A stretch of 64,000 bases of DNA, from contig CM000431.1 of NCBI GenBank assembly GCA_000165345.1, forward strand, positions 960,001-1,024,000. Reading direction: 5' to 3'. Positions 56,504-64,000 of the stretch are shown one piece after another. The stretch's first letter is position 1. Each line of letters opens with the position of its first letter. Below the pieces are notes generated by a model. It did not search any database and was not told the DNA's origin. It saw only the letters and a program-made list of their open reading frames with translations. The position numbers and the translations under genes are program-made.

Positions 56504-56713
56504 TAATTCATAAGCTCCTTCTTATCAAAATATTTCATTCTTAAATAAAGCAAAAAAAAAGAAAGCTTCCTATTATTATTACACACAATTTACACTAGCT
56601 TTAATCAACCCCACTTATTCCCGAATAACTTTTTATTTATTATATTTTTTTGATCGTGATGCTCGGCTTTTAAAGACATTTTGCGGTATTTAATTAGGTA
56701 CCGAATAAATTTG

Positions 56714-56734
56714 AGGCGCCAAAAACTTTGGCGG
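56714..56734. promoter_or_regulatory. E2F-like sites GAGGCGCCAAAAACTTTGGCGG in the UBR/NSA2 divergent promoter
   Basis: Two GC boxes on opposite orientations within 21 bp, about 240 bp upstream of the NSA2 ATG and 210 bp upstream of the UBR ATG. Confidence 0.45.
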
Positions 56735-56970
56735 TCAGTGCACTTAGAGAGAAAATAAGTGGTGAAAATATATATATTTAATGGTTAATTAAATATTAGC
56801 GGAATAATAAAATCAAGATTGGACAGCAAAATTGATTGTTTGTAAAGAAAATAAGCAAAATTCTTTCTCATAGAATACAGAGAAAGTTTTGTATTAGAGG
56901 AAGGTGGAAAGACTTTTTCTTTTTTTTTTTTTTGTAATAAAAGATAGCATTGATACTTATTTGACCAAAT

Positions 56971-57753
56971 ATGCCTCAGAATGAATATATTGAATTACAC
57001 AGAAAACGCCACGGATATAGGTTTGATCACTTTGAAAAGAAAAGAAAGTTTGAATCACGAAAAGTCCACAAAGATTCTCAACATGCTCAAAAACTCAGAG
57101 GTATAAAGGCTAAGCTTTACAATAAGAAGAGATATGCTGAAAAGGCCACTTTGAGAAAGTTAGTCAAAGCTAACGAGGAGAAAGATGCAGTTGAAAAGGA
57201 CCCAGAAAATGTACAGAAAGGTGCAGTTCCATCATACTTGTTGGACCGTGAGGGAGTTAATCGAACAAAGATTCTAAGTAATATGATAAAGCAGAAAAGA
57301 AAGGAAAAATCTGCAAAGTGGCAAGTACCTATTCCAAAAATTAAGGCTTTGAATGAAGATGAAATGTTCAAAATCTTAAGAACTGGTAAGAGACAGAAGA
57401 AATCATGGAAGAGAGTTGTCAATAAAGTTTGTTTTGTCGGAAATGACTTTACTAGAAAACCACCAAAGCTCGAGAGATACATTAGGCCAACTGGGCTAAG
57501 ATTTAAAAAGGCTCATGTTACACATCCAGAACTTAAGACCACTTTTTACCTTGATATTGTTTCCATCAAGAAAAATCCACAAAGTCAACTATATACTACA
57601 TTAGGTGTAATTACTAAAGGTACTATAATTGAAGTAAATGTTAGTGAACTAGGTCTTGTTACACAAACCGGTAAAGTTGTATGGGCAAAGTATGCTCAGG
57701 TAACTAATAATCCAGAAATTGATGGTTGCATTAATGCTGTTTTATTAGTTTAA
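56971..57753 (+). CDS. NSA2: Ribosome biogenesis protein Nsa2 (TINP1; S8e-like)
   Basis: [26 protein letters not shown]..., [18 protein letters not shown] and the C-terminal S8e-like region are collinear with yeast and human Nsa2. Length is 260 aa. Confidence 0.88.
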   Translation: MPQNEYIELHRKRHGYRFDHFEKKRKFESRKVHKDSQHAQKLRGIKAKLYNKKRYAEKATLRKLVKANEEKDAVEKDPENVQKGAVPSYLLDREGVNRTKILSNMIKQKRKEKSAKWQVPIPKIKALNEDEMFKILRTGKRQKKSWKRVVNKVCFVGNDFTRKPPKLERYIRPTGLRFKKAHVTHPELKTTFYLDIVSIKKNPQSQLYTTLGVITKGTIIEVNVSELGLVTQTGKVVWAKYAQVTNNPEIDGCINAVLLV

Positions 57754-58039
57754 TTCAATACTATGTAACAAGGTTTATTATTAGATGGCAATACTAAGGT
57801 AAATTCACAAAATATATGATTTAGTCATTTTAATTTATATTAATTCTCGGATTAATTTTTTTTTTAATTTTCATTTTTGACCGGTACCTTATAATTAATA
57901 AATTAAAAATACCGGCGAATTTAGCCCCACTAATAATCAGAAAATACTCCAAAAAAAAGACATTTTCTTTCTTTCAATCTAAATAGCTTTTACAATGAAA
58001 TAAAATTCAAAAATAAATCTTCTTCGTCAGTCAAAGAAC

Positions 58040-60139
58040 ATGAAACCTAGCTTAGAATGTAAGCTTCTTTTAAAAACGAACACATACTTACCAGAGATAC
58101 CTACTTACTGGCTGGACTCTACAAATTTTCCAACATTTGATAGTGATACGTACGAAATTAAATCCAAAGAGATTAATGCCATAGATGCAGTTATTGATTC
58201 TACACAGATAGGTAACGGGCCCTTCACTTCTGCATGCTATAGTGAAGATGGAGAAATTTTGGCAGTGTCCAATTTAGAAGGGATTTATATATTAGGGTCT
58301 TATACTAGAACCTGTTTTGCAGCAATTCCATTTGGTTTATTGAAAAAAGAGCTTAAAATTGAAGACTCTGTGCTTCTTATTTGCAATGACATTTATATCT
58401 TTGGAAGAAACTGCTTACTTGGAGCCTTATTTAGTGAACATATTGTTTTCTGGGATTTATTCTCAAAGAAATTCAATAACTACGAATGCTATCTCCCAAA
58501 TTTTATTGGATCATTTAGTAATAAAGATCTTTTTCTGCATATCAATCAAAAGCAACAACTCTATAATTACCTACCACCTCAATACTTTAATATGATTGAT
58601 CCTGGAGACTTTGAAAGAAATAAATTTGTTTCAATTCAAGGAATTAAAACAAATCATGAAAAGGATGCCACTAAAACTGAGAGCCAAAATACGATCATTA
58701 TTGAATTTGTGCTTGAACTCTTCAACTCTTTGCCACTACTTGTACAAACAAAAACCAAATATATTACTCAAAATGAATTAAAAAATGAACTTTTAGATAA
58801 ATCATCAATTCAACAAGAATTTGCAATCCATTCTGTATCTTCAATATTTCCAGATTATATGTTGAATAATACTTCAACAAAATATGTAGACTTTAAAAAC
58901 AACAATAAATTGGTTTCTTTGGCTGTTTTTGAGAAGGAAGGACGTAGGGTTTATTCAAGTTTCGTTATAATTGGTGAAACAAATATATTACTTGTTTTTG
59001 ATGAATTTAAAACCATTCTTTCGCTAAAAACAATTCCGAGCTATGGAAAAAGGCATAACAAGTATCTTTATAGCTGTAATTTACAGTTTAACAAAGATGG
59101 AGATATTTTAGTATTACAGTACTCTGATAGGTTTACTGTTTATTCATTGAAACAAATAGATGACTCGAAATCTAGAGATAATTTTAGAGCAGATTCTGAC
59201 TTAAAACAGGTAAATGATTTGACTGAAAGTGAAAACTATAACGATACTGATGATGAAAGTGATCAAGAATATTTAACAGTATTGGGAATTAAATCTGAAA
59301 AATATGTTCCAACTATTAAGATTAAGCTACTCTACTCATATTCTCAAGTCATTCAAAAGGAATGGATTACTTCTATTTCTATATATAATGAAAAAATGTA
59401 TGACTCTCATCAAATTTGCACTGACAAGCTTTATGGTCCAATTAGTCAACTATACCCATGCGGTGTTTTGGCTATAACTACAATATCTTCAAATGGCCAA
59501 TCTTTTTATTACTTAATGAAAACTTGCTCTAACTCGGATGATAGAAGTTACGTTTCAAATTCTTTAAATATCAAGTGCGATCATTATTGTAATGATAATA
59601 CAGGATCAAATATGATAATTTGGAAGTTGGAGCTGACAAAGCTTAACGGAGTTAGAAAAATAATCTGGCAACCAGGAGATTCTATTTGTTTAGCAATTCA
59701 ATTTTCTGAAAGGCTTAAGAATACTAAACTCATGTATGATGACTACTATGAAATGAACAGTAAAAATGCGAGTTTATTAACTCATATAGATAAAAATAAT
59801 ATCTTTGGAAAAATATTCTTTATAGATTCTAGGTGTTCAAATGATGATATGTTACTTTGGTCGAGGTTGATGGAGGACTTTATTGCAATTCATAAAAACA
59901 AAGAATATATAGAGAAAGAGGATGAATTTGACAAAGTGGATGAGAAACAAGACGATTCAGAACTTGATGAAATTAAAAAGACTTTTCTTGATGAGTATTA
60001 TAAAGTAGTTTCAAAGCAAGACACACACCAACAAGGTTATAATGAAATACAAATACAAAAATTCTCGGAAGACTTACATGAGTTTAATAAGAATTTGGAT
60101 AAGAAAGTCTATTGGTTTGATATAAACAGAAAGGTTTAA
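58040..60139 (+). CDS. Hypothetical protein (699 aa), possibly beta-propeller-containing; function unknown
   Basis: Clean ATG ORF with no recognisable catalytic motif. Moderate complexity with scattered WD-like hydrophobic patterns. Confidence 0.45.
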   Translation: MKPSLECKLLLKTNTYLPEIPTYWLDSTNFPTFDSDTYEIKSKEINAIDAVIDSTQIGNGPFTSACYSEDGEILAVSNLEGIYILGSYTRTCFAAIPFGLLKKELKIEDSVLLICNDIYIFGRNCLLGALFSEHIVFWDLFSKKFNNYECYLPNFIGSFSNKDLFLHINQKQQLYNYLPPQYFNMIDPGDFERNKFVSIQGIKTNHEKDATKTESQNTIIIEFVLELFNSLPLLVQTKTKYITQNELKNELLDKSSIQQEFAIHSVSSIFPDYMLNNTSTKYVDFKNNNKLVSLAVFEKEGRRVYSSFVIIGETNILLVFDEFKTILSLKTIPSYGKRHNKYLYSCNLQFNKDGDILVLQYSDRFTVYSLKQIDDSKSRDNFRADSDLKQVNDLTESENYNDTDDESDQEYLTVLGIKSEKYVPTIKIKLLYSYSQVIQKEWITSISIYNEKMYDSHQICTDKLYGPISQLYPCGVLAITTISSNGQSFYYLMKTCSNSDDRSYVSNSLNIKCDHYCNDNTGSNMIIWKLELTKLNGVRKIIWQPGDSICLAIQFSERLKNTKLMYDDYYEMNSKNASLLTHIDKNNIFGKIFFIDSRCSNDDMLLWSRLMEDFIAIHKNKEYIEKEDEFDKVDEKQDDSELDEIKKTFLDEYYKVVSKQDTHQQGYNEIQIQKFSEDLHEFNKNLDKKVYWFDINRKV

Positions 60140-60234
60140 AGCAATATAGTACCTAATTAGCTGTATATATATACATTTATACAGTCCTTAATAAATTATT
60201 ATTAATTATACAATTTACTATTTAATGTTGAAAT

Positions 60235-60570
60235 TTACTCTTTTAACAACTCCTTATATCTTTGATTTGGTATTAAGAATAAATTAAAATCATTATTGAC
60301 TGCACAACTTGGATTCTCCATTTTAATCATATTTCTCAAGTTTTCATCCCTAATAACAAATCTACCATCTTCTGTTGTCTCTATACTTTTCTTTAAACAT
60401 TCTTCGATAAATTTTTGTCCTAAAATTGAAACAATTGAAAACAAATTAGGGTCTGATGACTTTGCACCTTGCCTATTCATAATATACTCAACACACTCCT
60501 TTGGGAAGATTATGCTTTCTATCTTTGCCTCGTCTGATTCTGTATTTGCAGATTTTCCTGGTAGTGTCAT
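60235..60570 (-). CDS. TAF13: TAF13-like histone-fold protein (TFIID subunit 13 / SPT3-family fold)
   Basis: IFPKECVEYIMNRQG...DPNLFSIVSILGQKFIEECLKKSIE..EDGRFVIRDENLRNMIK parallels human TAF13 (LFSKELRCMMYGFGD...ESVDILEDLVIEFITEMTHKAM..GRQGRVQVEDIVFLIRKD). Confidence 0.5.
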   Translation of the reverse strand: MTLPGKSANTESDEAKIESIIFPKECVEYIMNRQGAKSSDPNLFSIVSILGQKFIEECLKKSIETTEDGRFVIRDENLRNMIKMENPSCAVNNDFNLFLIPNQRYKELLKE

Positions 60571-60716
60571 TCTTCCTTTCTATTAAATTTATTATTGGCT
60601 AAAAACAAAATAATGAATAAATTCAGTAAAGCAAGTCTGACTATATGCAACAGTACCCACTAATATTTACCCTAAACCGTCATAAGTTAATCCTGTGTTC
60701 CATTCCTTAATATAAA

Positions 60717-60857
60717 TTTCCCGCAATTAAAATAATTAGTTCTTAGAAAATATAAATTAATTTGTTCAACATTTCCCGCATTACTCATTTTTTTTAAATT
60801 ATTAGAATTGCAAAAAATGTCACAGAAAATTGAGAATGGTGGCGCCAATGGCGGCAA
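60717..60857. promoter_or_regulatory. Cluster of E2F-like sites (TTTCCCGCAA 60717-60726; TTTCCCGCA 60772-60780; GGCGCCAATGGCGGCAA 60841-60857) in the TAF13/APC4-like divergent promoter
   Basis: Three GC boxes lie within 140 bp of AT-rich intergenic DNA between two divergently transcribed genes. Confidence 0.45.
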
Positions 60858-61056
60858 CTTACTAATATGAGGGGTGTATACTAGCAAACAACTAGTATAG
60901 GCTGCAAATGGGAATTGAAGTATGGTGTGTGGAATAAGTATTAAAAAGATAATAGCTTGTGAATAATTTCATTAAAAATTAAATGACATTGACTAAATTA
61001 TCAAGAAAAGTCACTATTTAAGCCCAATTAGGACTTGAAGTAATGAAAATTATAAG

Positions 61057-63606
61057 ATGCCATGTATACATTATAGGAAAGAAAATGTAAGGTCAGGATT
61101 AATACATCCAAATGGCAAAATTGTCGCATTGTTGGTTTCTTCTAATATATATACAATCGAGTTGTACAGAATTGATGATCTTGATAAACCAATTAAACTG
61201 CTTTGGTCTTTCCAGATTAAAGATAAGCCAAGTTGTATGGATTGGTGTAATAATGCAAAAAGTATCTGTATCGGCGATACAAATGGTTCTGTTACTATCA
61301 TTGATATCAATGGTCAAGTAAATAGCTATAATAACCTTCATTCACAAAATAATGAGATCAAGGAAATGAGAAACTTTATGTTATCAGGAGAACTCTTAAA
61401 TTTAAGAAAGGAAGGAATATTTCCAAGAAAATTGCAAGAACTAATAGTAATTGAACCTTATTCTTTAAGTATTAGAAACTCAAATGGTTCAGAAAACATT
61501 GGATTAGATGAGCTATTGAATGAATTCGTTTTAGATCAAGAAGCGGATGATCATTTTGATGATTCTCAAATTGATGGCACTACAAATCAACTTGAAATAT
61601 CAAAAAGTAAAGTAGAAATACTTCCTGAAGATTCTCAAAATGCAAATAGAGGTAACTATAAGGAAGCACCAAAGTTACTCCCAGAATATTTGAACCTGGA
61701 GGAAGATGTATGCTTAATTTTGACTATTGACTCAAAAAATAATATGATTTGTTCTATTGGTGGCCACACGCCTGTTTGGGTTTATAATCTACATGATCTT
61801 GGTCAAGGTAAAGATAGAATATTGAAAGATATTAGCATTTGTAAAAATCATATATTTCTAACTTATTTCCCTGAAAGTGAAAAAAAGGAAGACTTATTTA
61901 TAGAAATGATTGATATGAAACAATTTATCGACTCTTTTACAATAATATTCAATACATTTGGATTCTTGCAATATATGAGGCAGTTACTTAATTATCTTAA
62001 AAATGTTTTTCAACAGATATTGTCTGTTTGGCTTACTGGGATTAAGCCATTTAGACAGTTTCTAAGTAATGATAAAACGGTTAAAAAAAGCAATTTTTCA
62101 ATATTTTTACTTTCAATCATTTCAGGAGCTCCAATAAATATGTTTCAACCCGGTAACTCTTCTACAACTGAACTATCTATTACAATTGATCAGTTAGTTA
62201 TGTTTGGTCAGAATATTAATGACTCTATGGTTTATATTGAAAATACTATTTCACAAACTGTGGAGCCTGTGATGCAACAGATTTTTATTATTTGGAGTAT
62301 TATTCAAAAAACAGAGATTATTGAAGATCAGGAAACTAACAAAGTTTCAGCGCAGATTCATCTTTTGAAAGAGTTTAGCAAAACCTTAAATTACGAGACT
62401 GAGCAAGTTAAACCAATTGTTCATACTTTTTTGCATCTATTAAGCATAGCTAAGACCTATAAAGATGATGTAAAGAAAACTTCAACCGATCATTTTTTAC
62501 CACCAAAAATTATTTCTTCTGTAAATTCCAATATTATCGCCTCTACTTTCAAAATTAGTTCAGATTCATACTTTGTATTAAAGGATTTTATCAAGAGAAA
62601 ACATCTTTTCACTGATGAAAATGTGAAGGAAATGGATGATGAATCTCAAATAAGCCACTTTTTGAATGAAATAGAATTCAGAAAAATTGATAAGCTTCTA
62701 AATGAAGATGCAGAAGGTTGTTCTTTATCTTGTATTTTTAATTTGAGCTCTGCCATTGAAGAACTTTATAGACTAGCTGTCAAGAAAGTCTCAAAGAATT
62801 TCATTTGTAGCTTTTCTTCCTTAAAGGTGAATTTAGATCCAGGATATTTTTCCAAACAAAAAATCTTCAACTGTACAAATGTATCAATGGATGATTTCCA
62901 AAATATAGTCGTTAAGTTAATTCATCCAATACAAACTGAAAACAATAAATATGTTATTTCTAAGATTTGTATTAAGAATGATGAATTTTCAAGCCCTATT
63001 TCTACATTTGGAAACAATCATACGCTCGAGTATCCAACAGATTTTTCAAACGGAAATATTCAAATTGAATATTGTTCCAAGGCATTTTCACCAAGTATTA
63101 ACAAAATATCAATTGAATATACAATTGTGTGCCTTCCAATTCATTTACAGAACTTTAAGATTTCTAGTGTAGTATGGACCCACACTAATGAGCTTTTAAT
63201 GCTTGTTGATGATGGCTTAAAATCATCTCTTCTTTTTGGATTTAATTTAGATCTGATCAAATTACATGCTTTAACTCCAAGAACAAATAATTTATTGGAC
63301 GATTCTTTACAAAATAATAATCTTGCTCAAAATTCACTCAGACTAATGTTCAGTATAATTAATTCCAAAGCTGGACAGGACATCACCAAGTCTTGTGCTA
63401 AATCTTGTCTAAATCTCACCAACTTGTCAAATATATTTCATTACTCTCAAGACATCTCTCGAATTCATAGGCCTCAGAAGTTTAGAAACTTGTCAATGAA
63501 CATTTCTGGAACCAATGAAAGTAACTCCTCTATTGAATTCAATGAATCTCAAAAGGAATTTTGTACAAGTACAATGATTCTCGACTTTCACTCAAAATTT
63601 AACCAA
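61057..63606 (+). CDS. APC4-like protein (anaphase-promoting complex subunit 4; N-terminal WD40 propeller), main exon
   Basis: N-terminal pattern (GLIHPNGKIVALLVSSNIYTIELYRI...KLLWSFQIKDKPSCMDWCNNAKSICIGDTNGSVTIID) resembles the APC4 N-terminus (LVWSPKRDLIALANTAGEVLLHRL...RVWSFPPNENTGKEVTCLAWRPDGKLLAFALADTKKIVLCD). The ORF-track end at 63648 may be superseded by a short 3' intron (donor GTAAGT at 63607). Confidence 0.4.
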
Positions 63607-63670
63607 GTAAGTTTAATCATCATTAACAAAATAACTTTTACTTTTTAATTTAATTAAAATTTCTTTTTAG

Positions 63671-63730
63671 AAATGTTTTGTTATTTCTGATCATAACGCT
63701 GGAAGGATTGCTGTAGGATATTTGGAATAG
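63671..63730 (+). CDS. Possible terminal exon of APC4-like gene (KCFVISDHNAGRIAVGYLE*)
   Basis: Phase-0 donor GTAAGT at 63607, pyrimidine tract and acceptor TTTTTAG ending 63670. The in-frame continuation of 19 codons runs to TAG at 63728-63730. Confidence 0.25.
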   Translation, partial: KCFVISDHNAGRIAVGYLE

Positions 63731-64000
63731 CTTCTATTTTGTTCAAATATCTCTCAAAACATTCTAGATTTAAATCTAATATCTATTAAAGCTGCCTAAA
63801 TCATCTATTAGTAACATTCTAATCAATAAAAAAAAAGATTTGAAATATTCAATGGTTAATTCAATATAACTTTTAGCCAAATTTTTCCCAAAACTAAATA
63901 GAAATTTCGACAAAAAAATTCAAAAATACCTTTATAATAACCTCGAAGCCATTTAAAATAATCTATAATTATTCCGTTGTTATCTTTTAAAACATTCTAA

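Overview
This is an AT-rich (~30% GC), gene-dense eukaryotic window using the standard genetic code, and no undescribed system is evident: the gene content is ordinary conserved eukaryotic machinery. Most genes have one uninterrupted reading frame, a few carry short introns with GTAAGT donors, and GC-rich E2F-like boxes (GGCGCCAA / TTGGCGG / GCGGGAAA) sit upstream of most genes. This combination is most consistent with an apicomplexan of the Cryptosporidium type, though I cannot confirm the species from sequence alone. About 29 protein-coding genes sit on both strands, separated by short intergenic regions of 0.1-1.4 kb. Products I recognise from conserved motifs: Cbf5/dyskerin (5' end cut by the window edge), Nuf2, Snu114 U5 snRNP GTPase, ribosomal proteins eL30 and uL15/L27a (L27a has an intron after codon 4), Has1/DDX18 DEAD-box helicase, condensin subunit H/Barren (needs two introns to recover the conserved N- and C-terminal kleisin motifs), MCT-1/Tma20, CacyBP/SIP, eIF3k, a TMBIM/Bax-inhibitor membrane protein, a cyclin, a HIRA-like WD40 protein, an MFS sugar transporter, a UAS-domain protein, a 2878-aa UBR-box N-recognin E3 ligase, Nsa2, a TAF13-like histone-fold protein, an APC4-like protein, a UBA+PUB protein, a prolyl-4-hydroxylase-domain protein, and several low-complexity or repeat proteins. 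No rRNA, tRNA, CRISPR array, transposon or prokaryotic-style operon was found. The ORF track starts ORFs at non-ATG codons (TTG etc.), so several listed starts are artefacts and were corrected to ATG. The most noteworthy items are: (1) the E2F-like boxes, often paired or palindromic, in almost every promoter; (2) a ~28-copy 27-28-aa 'VFESxPxxxSxADVSYNSK' tandem-repeat protein containing a near-perfect ~250-bp internal duplication; (3) a P4H/2OG-oxygenase domain fused to a long G/P/Q/S-rich N-terminus; (4) the intron models that rescue conserved protein termini; (5) a perfect 22-bp palindrome in the Has1/L27a divergent promoter; and (6) coding micro- and minisatellites.
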